Shown here: piece after piece, positions 26,518 to 36,935 of the stretch | Layout of the letters: each line of letters begins with the position of its first letter | Numbering within the stretch: position 1 is the stretch's first letter | Source of the DNA: Anaerolineales bacterium | Lineage (GTDB): Bacteria; Chloroflexota; Anaerolineae; Anaerolineales; UBA11858 | Direction of reading: 5' to 3' | Length of the DNA: 64,000 nt | Assembly: GCA_046483045.1 (NCBI GenBank) | Contig: JAWODY010000005.1 | Coordinates: 512 to 64,511 of the forward strand | Made by a program: the position numbers and the translations under genes | Notes under the pieces: model-generated | The model's database searches: none | The model's input: the letters and a program-made list of their open reading frames with translations, nothing else | What the model was told of the DNA's origin: nothing

Positions 26518-27615
26518 TCAGTTTAGGGTTTCTGGTTTCCCTTTTTCATCCCGTTTTCTCTTTTCCTGTAGGATATATGTGATCAGCAAGCCGGGAGCGA
26601 TGAGGATGAAGCTGACCCAGGCTGCGTCGTTTCCATATTGTGCTGTCATCGTCCACCACCCCGGTATAGATAACACGACCGCTGCAGTTGGCATGATCGG
26701 GCCTTGAATGGTGGGTAAGATTTGGATCAGATCGTAATCGTGTACGAGCGGGTTGACGGTAAAACTTACCAAGATAAGGATGTCCAAGGGCTGGCTTTTC
26801 CCTTTCATCTTCCAGGTGATCAAGACTACGGCAGCGGAAAGAAATAACCAGAGGATCCAATATGTGGTCTTTCCTGGTTTGCTGATCAGGAATAACAAGC
26901 GTGGGATGGCACTGGATATCGCTCGATCAAAGAAAGGCCGGGGGGTATACAGCCATTCCGTCAGCCATTGTGGTCTGATCAAAAAGGAAGGTAGGAAAAT
27001 TAATCCCAGGGACCCTGTAAAGGAAACAGCTTGCGCAGGAATCCGGTGATTTTTCCTGAGATACAGGATCCATTGGTACACCGCATACCCTACCGGGACA
27101 ATGCCGAGTTGTGGTTTTAAGCAGGTCAAAGCCAGAAAGATTCCTCCAGTGTATGTCGAAGGGTCAAGCTTTTTGCGGTAGCCGTAGAAGCCAAGCAACC
27201 CGAAGATGGAGGATTGTCCTCCCGTGAAGTGAGAAAATGTCGGCGCGAAAAGCAGTGTATAGGGTTGGAAACCGGTGATTACCAAGGCTAGGATCACAGG
27301 AGCCAATAACCAGATTGCCATGGATAAAGGCCTCGGGAGGAGGCTGAAAACGGCAAATATCCCTACATACGGAAGGGGGTAATAACTGTTTTCCCCGTAC
27401 ACGTCACCGCCCTCGATGAAAGTGGTTCCGATTTTCATGAAGGTTTCATAATCAATCGGCCCCTGGTCGCCTTGAATGATAAAGGCAATATAAGCAAGAT
27501 AAGGGAGCAGGAGAAGAGATGTGAGCAGGATCCGGAGCACATTTGTAAATTTCAAGTGCTTGAAAAAGGATCTGGATTGTTTCATTTCATCCGCCCCTCT
27601 GGCTGGTGACCTCAC
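26518..27615 (-). CDS. Polytopic membrane protein, DUF2029/GT87-like glycosyltransferase
   Basis: DYETFMKIGTTFIEGGDVYGENSYYPLPY and ALTCLKPQLG. The family assignment is from memory. Confidence 0.45.
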   Translation of the reverse strand: MRSPARGADEMKQSRSFFKHLKFTNVLRILLTSLLLLPYLAYIAFIIQGDQGPIDYETFMKIGTTFIEGGDVYGENSYYPLPYVGIFAVFSLLPRPLSMAIWLLAPVILALVITGFQPYTLLFAPTFSHFTGGQSSIFGLLGFYGYRKKLDPSTYTGGIFLALTCLKPQLGIVPVGYAVYQWILYLRKNHRIPAQAVSFTGSLGLIFLPSFLIRPQWLTEWLYTPRPFFDRAISSAIPRLLFLISKPGKTTYWILWLFLSAAVVLITWKMKGKSQPLDILILVSFTVNPLVHDYDLIQILPTIQGPIMPTAAVVLSIPGWWTMTAQYGNDAAWVSFILIAPGLLITYILQEKRKRDEKGKPETLN

Positions 27616-27732
27616 CTGGGTGCAGTTGGTATGGGCTCAATTTTTGGAAGACCTTTGTGTCATGCAGGTGTACACGTTTCGAAATAGTCGTTGAGTTAGC
27701 GCAGCTTGGCTCATCCCTTTCTCTTTGGATGG

Positions 27733-28160
27733 TCAGAGAAGGTCCTCAAAGTTTATTCCGCGTTCTTCAGCCCGGCGCCCCCAACATTCAAAGGATAAAA
27801 TCTCCAGTTCAAAAGAGATCGATTCCTCGATGGGGATCACGCGGTGAAAGGAAACCGGGTTCTTGGCAATGGCCCATTCACTCTCCTGAAAATACTCCTC
27901 AAAAAGGGAGGCCATCTCTTGATCCAACCGCGGTAGCTGCTCTTCATAAAACCCGACGACAAAAGGCACCAAGCCAAAGTGAAGCTCTCGCTCTTTACGC
28001 TCGATCCGGAACAACCCTTTCTAGACACCATGTTTTTCAGGGTTTTATAAGCCTGTTTCGGGTCGATTTCTATCCTGGAGGCGATCTTCTCCGAAGGTTC
28101 CATATGGATGCGCATCTCCGCAGCCAGCTCTGCCTCTTAAAGCTTGAGAATTTTTTCCAG
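27733..28160 (-). pseudogene. Remnant of a winged-helix protein of the 'VGxYExQ' type that normally carries a C-terminal 4Fe-4S domain
   Basis: Reverse-strand reading is LEKILKL, then a TAA at 28137..28139, then EAELAAEMRIHMEPSEKIASRIEIDPKQAYKTLKNMVS. A frameshift at ~28020 follows, then KGLFRIERKERELHFGLVPFVVGFYEEQLPRLDQEMASLFEEYF, ending early without Cys clusters. Confidence 0.5.
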
Positions 28161-28197
28161 TAGCCGTAATTCCCCTCCGCTTTCCGTTTTTGGAAAG

Positions 28198-28413
28198 CTA
28201 TTGGGAAGCATATCCAAACTTTGAGCTAATTTGTGATAGATATCGCCTTCCATTTTCAATCCCGCTTTGCATGGCGTCCACAAGCACTGCTGCCTGATAT
28301 CCAGCGATCATGGACAGCAGACTTAACCCCGGGCTTTCCACCATTTCAATATCCAATCCCCGGGAGGAAGAACGGTCTGGATGGGACATCTTCCAGCGGC
28401 GGCCGATCTCCAT
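28198..28413 (-). pseudogene. Internal fragment of a [NiFe]-hydrogenase maturation endopeptidase
   Basis: GLDIEMVESPGLSLLSMIAGYQAAVLVDAMQSG matches the ..V.DGGT.GL.LL..I..YD..I.VDA.. core. The N-terminal GxGN/DDG motif and the C-terminal half are missing. Confidence 0.4.
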
Positions 28414-28562
28414 ACCCGCCCTGTTATCCTATCTTAAAGTTTGGTTGATGCCGAGACCTTTTACTCGCATTAAGGTATTAAACCACACTTATGTTTTCAA
28501 GGCGCACCGGCTTGTATTTCAGCTAAACACGCTGGGGTGGTCTTTGCCTTCCCGAGGAGCGT

Positions 28563-29345
28563 TCAGGGCTTTCCGACTGGCGCTAGATAAACCACAAATT
28601 CATCTTCCCCATCCAACTCGAGCAGTTCGTCCATTAGATCCTGGTCGTAGGCGCCGATCGCGCAGGTCCCGGCGCTGATGGCTTCTACGGCCAGATACAG
28701 ATTCTGACAGATATGACCCGCGTCCAGGAGCATATTCTTATGAGCGCGGGTTCCATACCGCCATTCCGCGCGGTAAGGGATACAACTCCAGATGAACACA
28801 CAGGCGGCGTCTCCCACAAACCGCTGGCCGAGGTTGGCTTCGGTAAGCTGCTGGGGTAAATCTTCTACCGGACCCAGGGAAAGCAGCTGGTGGGAGAGCG
28901 GCAGATAGAGGTACAGGCCGAGATTCAGGCTTTCAACGCGGTTGACTGCCAGGTAGGTCTCAAAAGGATGCCGGGCCCCGGCGGATGGTACGGTGCGTTT
29001 GGTGGCGTATCCGCGCCTGATCTCCTGCTTCACGCCCTGTGTACAGTACAGCAAAAACGAAAGTTCCGCGAGGGAGAGTGGGTGGCCCGAATATTTACGC
29101 CGGCTCTGGTGTTTTTCAACGACGGTGAAAAAATCGGACCTGGAAATCACCTCCGGGTTGGCGGAAGGTAAGGCCAGGATCTCACCATCTCCCGCTTCCT
29201 TTTGCAGCGGAGGATAGGGCACGCCTCGCTGTTGGTCGGATGGGCCCTCTGACCCACGTCCAAAATCCGCTTTCATGAAATTCCGTCCACGTTGGATGTC
29301 CTGCATGATCCCTCCTGTGTGTTCTGCATAGAGGCTGAGGTTCAT
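28563..29345 (-). CDS. SagB-type / nitroreductase-family dehydrogenase
   Basis: RRKYSGHPLSLAELSFLLYCTQG..TVPSAGARHPFETYL.. Confidence 0.75.
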   Translation of the reverse strand: MNLSLYAEHTGGIMQDIQRGRNFMKADFGRGSEGPSDQQRGVPYPPLQKEAGDGEILALPSANPEVISRSDFFTVVEKHQSRRKYSGHPLSLAELSFLLYCTQGVKQEIRRGYATKRTVPSAGARHPFETYLAVNRVESLNLGLYLYLPLSHQLLSLGPVEDLPQQLTEANLGQRFVGDAACVFIWSCIPYRAEWRYGTRAHKNMLLDAGHICQNLYLAVEAISAGTCAIGAYDQDLMDELLELDGEDEFVVYLAPVGKP

Positions 29346-29661
29346 TCCAGCTTTGGCTTAAAAGTTTATTTATCTTTAATAAATCCTTGTCAAATCCAAT
29401 ATCCTGACTTAGCTTGGTTGATGCAGAAGTTATGGATTCTGATCGACAAAACATATTGCTAAGATGGATGTTTCCTCTTTCTTTCCTATTACTGTTTCAC
29501 CATGCAGCTGGATGGCCCCGTTTCTGACGACCCTATAAGCGGGAGAAGAGTTGAAGAATATATGGAAGGCATTTCCATAATACATGATCGTTTTCTGTAT
29601 ACCAAAACCAATTTTGAAGTGCTTGCCCCTGGCTAATCTTCTAAGCAGCAGGCCCGCATCC

Positions 29662-30837
29662 TCAGCTGGCGGATTGTTTTGTCCGTATATTGAAGAGGAC
29701 TACCATGATCAGGTTCAGAACAACGGAGCCTACTACCAAATAAGGCATGGTTGACGAAGCAATTCGGACAGCAGCTTGGCCGATCAACCAGGGTACGAAC
29801 ATGCCTCCGATACCTCCACCCACCAGCATCCAACCCGTAACAGCCCCAGTGACTTTTATCCGTTCCCCCGCCAGCAGCAACAAGGTGGGAAAAATAGAAG
29901 CGGTGAATAAGCCTGTTCCGATTGTTCCCAGCCAGAGGATGAGATGGGACTGCGGCCAGATAGCGATCAGGCTTAAACTGGCGAGGCTTCCCAGTAAATC
30001 TCCGATGAGAATGGTGATTGGCTGGAGGCGGGTAGAGATCCAGATTCCTAACAGACGGCTTACCGTGAAGAATCCCCAGAAAGCAGATGTCAAGAATGCG
30101 GAGGTTATCGTGGTCCCTAAACCCATTCGCAAACTGTAAGTGTAGATCCAATTGCCGAAGCCAAATTCTGCACCGACGGCGAAGAGGAAGGCCAGCACCA
30201 GCAAAACGACGGGCAGGAAGGCAGTACCGTCCTCCCCTTTTTTGACGGTTTTCTCCTGAGGATGTGTGCTTGGTAGTTTCCAAAACCAAACGGCCAGCGG
30301 CAAACAAAGTACCGCAGAGATCCAATAACCCCATTGGATTCCCCCGGTCAGGGATAGAAATCCCGCCAGAATCAGGGGGGCGAATGCTGAACCCAGCCCG
30401 AAGAAAAAATGCAAACCGTTCATATACGGACCGGCGTCTTTCCCATGCAGCCAGAGAAGCAGCGTGTTGCAGCCCACATCATTTGCGCCCTGGGCCAGAC
30501 CAAGGACGAATTGGACCAGCAGCAACCACCAGAGTTGGACCAGAATAGGGATCAGAGCGCCGCTGGAAGCGATCACAAGCAGGGTCAGAGCCATCAACCG
30601 GTGACCCGGAACCCGGTCATACGCTCGACCGCCAAAAAAGGAACCCAGCAGATACCCCAGGGAACCAAAGACGAAAAACAGGCTGATCTGGTCCAGGGAG
30701 CTGGCGGTGTTTTCAGCCAGAAAAGGCAGGGCCGGTCCTCCCAAGGCAGTGAACAGGCCCATGATAAGTTCGGATAGGAAATAGCTTGTGCTAGCGGTTT
30801 TCTTAGGGATTTTGGCAAAAGTGGCTGTCATGGTCAT
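29662..30837 (-). CDS. MFS transporter
   Basis: 391 aa, about 12 TM, with GGRAYDRVPGHR in the loop 2-3 position. Confidence 0.8.
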   Translation of the reverse strand: MTMTATFAKIPKKTASTSYFLSELIMGLFTALGGPALPFLAENTASSLDQISLFFVFGSLGYLLGSFFGGRAYDRVPGHRLMALTLLVIASSGALIPILVQLWWLLLVQFVLGLAQGANDVGCNTLLLWLHGKDAGPYMNGLHFFFGLGSAFAPLILAGFLSLTGGIQWGYWISAVLCLPLAVWFWKLPSTHPQEKTVKKGEDGTAFLPVVLLVLAFLFAVGAEFGFGNWIYTYSLRMGLGTTITSAFLTSAFWGFFTVSRLLGIWISTRLQPITILIGDLLGSLASLSLIAIWPQSHLILWLGTIGTGLFTASIFPTLLLLAGERIKVTGAVTGWMLVGGGIGGMFVPWLIGQAAVRIASSTMPYLVVGSVVLNLIMVVLFNIRTKQSAS

Positions 30838-31053
30838 CGGATACTATCACAACTTTTTATCCCGGTTTGGAAGGGGCTCGATGTTATGGAACCAAGCTTA
30901 TGCATTCTAGCATACTGTCAGCAACCCGTTTTTGATGTTCGACCAAGCTAAGCAAGATCACCGACTACATCGCATAAAAACTGCTTTCCAAGCAGACCTG
31001 CAATGCAGCAGGGTTGCTCGGTTTCGATTCTGTCTATTCATACCCAGCTGGTG

Positions 31054-31479
31054 TCAGGGTCTTTTCTTCGATGGTGCACGGCTCAATGTAGAACCAGTTC
31101 TGGTCTCATGTTCCGTTTCTGTCAGATGACGATGCATGCTTAGCAGGTTCTGGGGCAATGCTTGAAAATCGAAGAACCGGGCTTCGAGTATTTCCTGATC
31201 TTGGAGTTTGAATGAGTGCTTGCCTTTGTCACCTTTCAACTTTGAGCGAAAGTATACCTATATTCGCATATGGAAGCCGCTAATGACCTCGATCAATTCA
31301 ATATGCGAAATCTCTAATCCAGTTTCTTCAAACACTTCGCGAGAGAAGGCTTCTTCCAGTGTTTCAGCTTTTTCTACGATTCCCCCGGGCAACCCCCAAC
31401 CATCAGGGACCCAGTGACGATGGCGTAAAAGTAAAAAGCGGCCGTTTTCATCATAAACAAAGCCGGTAACGCTGACCAT
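31054..31479 (-). pseudogene. NUDIX hydrolase interrupted by an in-frame TAG
   Basis: The NUDIX box GGIVEKAETLEEAFSREVFEETGL lies in ORF 31258..31479. The same frame continues after the TAG (31258..31260) as VYFRSKLKGDKGKHSFKLQDQEILEARFFDFQALPQNL.. Confidence 0.7.
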
Positions 31480-31657
31480 GAATGTAGGATTGAAGAGCCA
31501 TAATAGCTGCCATTGTATTGATGGGCTGAATCTGCACCAAATTTGGAAAATTAGATCTAGGAATGTTATTAAAACACTCAGCTATCGCGGGGGTAAGCCT
31601 GTGGTGGTCCACCAGGTTCCAATTTTTACCTGATGACTGTTTAACACCGCCGCATGG

Positions 31658-32077
31658 TCAGCGACCTTCATTCTCGTTTTCTTGCAGCCACCGATCGCAG
31701 TAGCCAATCCAAAGCCTTTCATGATCTTCAGGTTCAATGATGTGATCTTCAAGGTCTGCAATGGTGTGTATTCCCAGGGTTGGACCTGTCCGATGAATGT
31801 GTTTGTAAAGCGCTGTGGAACCTTCTATGAAGTCCAAATCGATTATCCGTGTTTTGATCTGTTTTTCTCCCCGTTCAAAGGCTGCGTATGTCCTGGCGTG
31901 GCCATCGATCAGGCTAAATTCCTGGTCAATCCTGGTAACGAGCACAGGGGGGAGTTCCGATTGATTGCCGTTTTGCCAGGCACTCCTCACGCTATCTAAT
32001 TTAGCTTGATTGATATACCAGTTATTTGGCTTCAGCGACAGGATATTTACTCGTTGGACAGCACCTTTTTGTTTCAT
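31658..32077 (-). CDS. ParB/Srx-fold (ParB N-terminal nuclease-like) domain protein
   Basis: LKPNNWYIN..LPPVLVTRIDQEFSLIDGHARTYAAFERG fits the ParB-N-domain pattern. Confidence 0.5.
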   Translation of the reverse strand: MKQKGAVQRVNILSLKPNNWYINQAKLDSVRSAWQNGNQSELPPVLVTRIDQEFSLIDGHARTYAAFERGEKQIKTRIIDLDFIEGSTALYKHIHRTGPTLGIHTIADLEDHIIEPEDHERLWIGYCDRWLQENENEGR

Positions 32078-32594
32078 TTTTTTAATTGTTTTGATGGAGA
32101 TAATTTTAACACAAATCGATATATGCTTACCTCAGAAAACACATCATCCAATTGTTTTCTTTCGCTCTCTAATGTATCTTCATACCCCGGTTAAAATCGG
32201 GTAGCGTGAGGGTCACTTTTTTGGTTTACGGTGTGAATTTTCCCGCCGTAATTATCCAGGACCGCAGCCTGGTTCCAGTATTTTGTATTCCTCCGGTGAT
32301 ATTTTTTAATGGTCAAAAATCCAGTGGAACCATCTTCCCTGGATTTTGCTCAATAATTTTTGGAGATTGATGCGCGCACCTAGTGTAGCATGGTCTCTTA
32401 ATATAAAAAGTCTTAAAATAGTCTGTAACTTGTAATTTTCTCATCGTTTATAGCCTGTCTGTAGATATCTCACCTGCTGTTTTGAGGGTTTCCCGGGCCT
32501 GGTGCATCTGCTCATAGGTTGGGGACCATATTCCGGAAAGGATAGTTTTCGCTGCATAATGAAAATAATTTATATCGCCCTCCATTTATAGGCG

Positions 32595-33596
32595 CTACGG
32601 TTTAAGAAATGTAATCTCCTCGCTCATGGACATTTGGATTTCATCATTTTCGTCTTTGAAAAATATCGCATACACCCCCGGAAAATCATCCCTTGGTAAA
32701 TAATTTGCCCTTAAACCCCACTCTCTATTGCAAGCATGTTCTCCCGCGGGGATATGCTTGCTGCCTTCACCGCAATCCGTAAACCATCTTTTAAAATCCT
32801 CTCCGCTGTAAGAACATTCTTCCCAATAGGAATAACATTGATTGAGGTCACCAAAAGCGATGATTTCAACTGGAAACCGGTTCGGGTTATATACATCATA
32901 AGTGAATTCCCAGAGCCAAATACCCTCCTCAATTTGGATGGGAGGCGCTGGATTGGGCTCAAAAGAGACGATCAAATCTTTGGTTTCAGGATTAGGGGTG
33001 GGCTCTAGGACCTTTATTTCAACAGAAAAATCTCCATTGTGTAGCGTGCATACACCGGGGGATGTGGCCTCATAATATATCGGATAACGTTCTGGTCCTC
33101 GAAAGGATCCATTTGATATATACCCCATGATCCAATCTGGCTCACACACAAGATCTTCCAAAGGATAGTCTTCATCATCCAGAAAAATGAATAATCTTTC
33201 ACCCAATCTGTAGGTGAATTTTTGGCCTGCCGTTTCCAGGGTGATATCTGCCATCTCTTTATATCTTTGGACTTCAGCAGTGATCTGTTCTGGGCTCATC
33301 GTGATCGCACCGCTGTCATCATGCTCCGGAGTGATGGTTACATGGGCAGGGGTTGACGATTGAGAAAGAATCGGACTGGGGAGTGGAAGTCGGGGAGAGG
33401 TGGATGGTTTCCTTGAGTTTTCTGAGTGACGCAGATCCTGGGTTTCATCAGCAGCTTCCATGGTCTCATTTGGGACTGCATGAGAGACAGGAGAACAGCA
33501 GGAAACGATGAAAATTGGGAAAAACATCAGCCATATTATCAAATTCGGTCTCTGTCGTTGTCCATTACCTTTTATAAAAGAGTACCCAGTCACCAT
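32595..33596 (-). CDS. Lipoprotein / secreted protein, unknown function
   Basis: Signal peptide with IVSCC lipobox and a Ser/Pro/Thr linker. Confidence 0.55.
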   Translation of the reverse strand: MVTGYSFIKGNGQRQRPNLIIWLMFFPIFIVSCCSPVSHAVPNETMEAADETQDLRHSENSRKPSTSPRLPLPSPILSQSSTPAHVTITPEHDDSGAITMSPEQITAEVQRYKEMADITLETAGQKFTYRLGERLFIFLDDEDYPLEDLVCEPDWIMGYISNGSFRGPERYPIYYEATSPGVCTLHNGDFSVEIKVLEPTPNPETKDLIVSFEPNPAPPIQIEEGIWLWEFTYDVYNPNRFPVEIIAFGDLNQCYSYWEECSYSGEDFKRWFTDCGEGSKHIPAGEHACNREWGLRANYLPRDDFPGVYAIFFKDENDEIQMSMSEEITFLKP

Positions 33597-34053
33597 CTGG
33601 ATGTGGTTAAAGAGGATTAGATCGACATCATGTTCCGGCTCAGCTGTCGCCGGGCTGGCAATTATTGATAATTAAATTGTAAACTATGGTCCACAAGAAT
33701 TTCACCGTTGTCCCCCGCTAGTAGTCCGTGTTGTGTATTACGGAGCATCAAGATTGATCCATTTGGTGAGAAACCGGCGGTTCCTGCTGATAGATATCAT
33801 TGAGCCCTGACCTGGGTCAGGGCTTCGCGACGCGTAATCAATCAGCAAAAAGCTGGAACCACCTGATGCAGGGCTAGTGAAATCGCTACTCTGACCATCA
33901 CCCATAACTTTCATCATGGTTGGAGGACATTTCCCATTTGATTTTACCAGTAAGCATGGGGAGAAAAAGTCTCAAGACGTTGTTACGTAGTGGTTGATAG
34001 GTATTTCCCCCGCAGCTGGTTCTGAACGGGCCTGTCTGCCCGGTGTTCCTCTA

Positions 34054-34866
34054 TCAAAAAGCATTCCTGACCTTTTCAGCAATTTTGCGATACCGGTCAT
34101 AGACAGGGTGGTCTTCATAATATCCTACGATGGGGATGATTTTTTCTTTCCGTAAGGTGTTTACTCCCCGCAGGAGAGCTTTGGAAAGCTTGAAAACACT
34201 ACCTGTAGATGTGCTTCCGCTGTGGATGATGAATACAGTAAACTTATCATCCACAATCAGCGGTTTAGAATCTTTGATGATATTCAGCCATAGGCTGTAC
34301 TCGACCGGATATCTTATGTCTTCGTTGAATCCCCCGTGGGACAGCAGCGTTTTCCTCCTCACGAATGTGTTTTCATGGGACACGAAATTAGTGATCGTCA
34401 GCGCTTTTGCAGGGTGCATTTTCATTGGCAGGGTATTGGGGAGAAAGATCTTTTTCCCCTTGAATTCCACGATGAGCTTGCCGGTCAGCCAGACCAACTT
34501 GGGATTTTCCATGAAATAAGCGGCCACTTTTTCCAGCGAATTGTTTTTCGCATAGTAGACGTCTGAATGCAGATAATGGAGTAACTCACCGGATGCTTCT
34601 TGGGTAGCTGTGTTCAATGCTTTTGCCACCCCCTCCGGTGGAGAGTGGATCAATTTTATGGGATATTTCGATTCGTTATGGGCAATGTAATCCTCAATGA
34701 TCTTCAGAGTGCTGTCCGTTGAATACGAATCGTTGATGATGTGTTCAATGTACTGGTAGGTTTGATTCTGGACGCTGGCCAGCGCTTTGGGGAGATATTC
34801 CTCGCAGTTGAAAGTGCAGGTCATGATGGAGATCAAAGGGTATTTTGAGGTTTGGATCATTTGCAT
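34054..34866 (-). CDS. Family 2 glycosyltransferase
   Basis: ISIMTCTFNCEEYLPKALASVQNQTY..IINDSYSTDST. Confidence 0.8.
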   Translation of the reverse strand: MQMIQTSKYPLISIMTCTFNCEEYLPKALASVQNQTYQYIEHIINDSYSTDSTLKIIEDYIAHNESKYPIKLIHSPPEGVAKALNTATQEASGELLHYLHSDVYYAKNNSLEKVAAYFMENPKLVWLTGKLIVEFKGKKIFLPNTLPMKMHPAKALTITNFVSHENTFVRRKTLLSHGGFNEDIRYPVEYSLWLNIIKDSKPLIVDDKFTVFIIHSGSTSTGSVFKLSKALLRGVNTLRKEKIIPIVGYYEDHPVYDRYRKIAEKVRNAF

Positions 34867-34992
34867 ATTATATTACTCATCTGATGCCGGATTAGGTCCT
34901 GATGTTTGTCTCCGAGTTATCTAAATGGTCAAAAATCAGCCGCTTCATTACGCCGCCAGGCGGCTATGTCCAGCGGGGGATTTGCGTGATCC

Positions 34993-35418
34993 CTAGTCAA
35001 TTACAATCTCATTTCTTCCACAATCGACACATCTATATTCATAGAAAAGAACTCGACCTGCACATCTGGGACAAATACAGCGGTCTTTTTGGTATTGGAG
35101 ATATTGTTCTTCACCTAATACAAGCAGCTTAGGAAATATCCTTGTTATTTCATGACGATAGGCAAACTTTGGATCATCCACATGCGTTTCAAGCAGTTTT
35201 TTGTAAATAAGCTTGCAGGGAAACTCAGCACAATAGATGCAGTAATCCATGTTATGAGTCTCATAGCAGCAACTCCGAATCTCGCATGACCACTTGCTGA
35301 TCCGTTTCTGGTTCTCATCCTCCGAGGGGCATCCAAAACAGGATTTACCAAATGACGGGCAAGCACCACAGAACACGCCGCACGGGGCTAGTTCATCAAT
35401 CCGGGCATTCGCTGCCAT
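34993..35418 (-). CDS. Cys-rich DUF3795-type protein
   Basis: CGVFCGACPSFGKSCFGC..C..C..CIYCAEFPC pattern. Confidence 0.65.
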   Translation of the reverse strand: MAANARIDELAPCGVFCGACPSFGKSCFGCPSEDENQKRISKWSCEIRSCCYETHNMDYCIYCAEFPCKLIYKKLLETHVDDPKFAYRHEITRIFPKLLVLGEEQYLQYQKDRCICPRCAGRVLFYEYRCVDCGRNEIVID

Positions 35419-35509
35419 ATTTATCCCTGTAATAATCGAAATTTGGCATAATGGGAGGGTTCAGGCGCGCTGTGAAACGCAGCGGAGGAAAGCCGCTTGT
35501 AACCCATTA

Positions 35510-36733
35510 TCATCTGCTCTCTGACTTTTGTATTAGCCAATGCAGTGCTTCAGCGATCTCGACCACCTTGTGGCAATCAACAATCTCAAGGTTGTCCTTG
35601 GGGGTATGGGTAATGTCCTGGCTGTCGATATGCTCAAGAAACCATTGTGACGATACAGCTATAGCGGGACATCCATATTGGATGAAAATGCTGTGGTCTC
35701 CTTGAGGCCACAGCATTCCCTCTGTGATTCCATCAAATCTTGCTAATATTTCATTGGACTTTGTTTTGATAGCTTCAGGAACGTCAAAGAAAGAAAAAGC
35801 TGATTTACCTTCTTTGTACCCTGCACCATCAATGTTTATATTCAGGAGGATGTTGTCAAAACGCCCTTGATTCTTTCTGATGTAATCCATTTGTCCGGGT
35901 GCAGCATAATAATCTTCGCCGTTGAACGCCACAATTTCGAGCACTCGATCACCATCATATTCTTTGAGGAGTTCAGCCAAAATTAATAAGGTGACAACTC
36001 CTGTTGCATTGTCAATTGCTCCCGGTGAACCTTTCTTCGCGTCAATATGGGTTGTAAGCACAATCCGCTCATGCATGTTTTTCCCTTTTCGAGCAACAAC
36101 ATTATAGGACTTTGCGGGAATCCGGGTTGAACGAGATTGCAGCATCGCGGGCATTCCGGTGTAGGACAGGAGTTTTTCCCCTTCCTCCTCTGTCATATAC
36201 ACAGAAGGAATGTCAAAATCGCCGTCCTCAATCAGTGGGAAAGGATAGCTGCCTCCTGCCAGGGCAGCATTTCTGCTGGTTGCGGAGATAATGACCGCAG
36301 GTTGGATTTGTTCAAGGAGAGCGATGATTCTTTGATGCTCTTCCGGGTTATAGAACACGAAGTTTTTCGGCATGAGCTGCTCTTTAGCAATATCATTGTG
36401 GAGGAGAAGAATTTTGCCGCTTATGTCCTTACGTTCGAGTTCCTCAAGACAGGAGACACTTATCAACGGGGCTTGAACAGAACATCCAAGAGAGTAGGGG
36501 CTGGCCAGGACGTTAAAACTTTGATCCGCGACCTGTAGCGCTGCTCCACCATCTTCCCAGTCAATCACATCCAATTCAGATATCTCTGTCTGCCAGCCCG
36601 ATGAGGATAATTCCTTTTCAAAATAACTCGTTGCCCGTCTGTTACCCTCACTGCCCACACTTCGTTCTGGGATTTCTTCGCACAGCATTTTCAAATCTGA
36701 CGCACATTTCTGATAGAGTTTGTCATTTTCCAC
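35510..36733 (-). CDS. M28-family metallo-aminopeptidase
   Basis: THIDAKKGSPGAIDNATG, FNGEDY and H at ..ITHTPKD. Confidence 0.75.
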   Translation of the reverse strand: MENDKLYQKCASDLKMLCEEIPERSVGSEGNRRATSYFEKELSSSGWQTEISELDVIDWEDGGAALQVADQSFNVLASPYSLGCSVQAPLISVSCLEELERKDISGKILLLHNDIAKEQLMPKNFVFYNPEEHQRIIALLEQIQPAVIISATSRNAALAGGSYPFPLIEDGDFDIPSVYMTEEEGEKLLSYTGMPAMLQSRSTRIPAKSYNVVARKGKNMHERIVLTTHIDAKKGSPGAIDNATGVVTLLILAELLKEYDGDRVLEIVAFNGEDYYAAPGQMDYIRKNQGRFDNILLNINIDGAGYKEGKSAFSFFDVPEAIKTKSNEILARFDGITEGMLWPQGDHSIFIQYGCPAIAVSSQWFLEHIDSQDITHTPKDNLEIVDCHKVVEIAEALHWLIQKSESR

Positions 36734-36935
36734 CCTGTTCTCTCCTATTAAACTTAATATTAAAGTTCAATTTCTGCTGGTTTGGTGATTCTGGTTCAGT
36801 AGTCCTGGGAGCTAAAATAGCCCCGAATCACGGCTGTCCTCCGCCGCCGCACAGCTGGGACTGGAGTTATGCAGGAGCGCAGATAACTGCAAGGTCTGGT
36901 ATACAGGCTCAGGCACATACGGGGAGGTGAGGTTT

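Noticed and set aside
28563-29345. The SagB-type dehydrogenase as a marker of a thiazole/oxazole (TOMM) RiPP cluster
   Set aside because: No YcaO or cyclodehydratase, docking protein or precursor peptide is nearby. Its neighbours are pseudogene debris and an MFS transporter. I treat it as a stand-alone nitroreductase-family enzyme.
29633-30334. 233-aa alternative-frame ORF inside the MFS gene
   Set aside because: It overlaps a 12-TM MFS frame on the same strand, and its product is R/G/C-rich nonsense.
31258-31260. The in-frame TAG in the NUDIX gene as pyrrolysine recoding
   Set aside because: No pyl genes or methylamine methyltransferases are in view. A different stop (TAA) interrupts another gene, and several frameshifts coexist. 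Decay or error is the simpler explanation.
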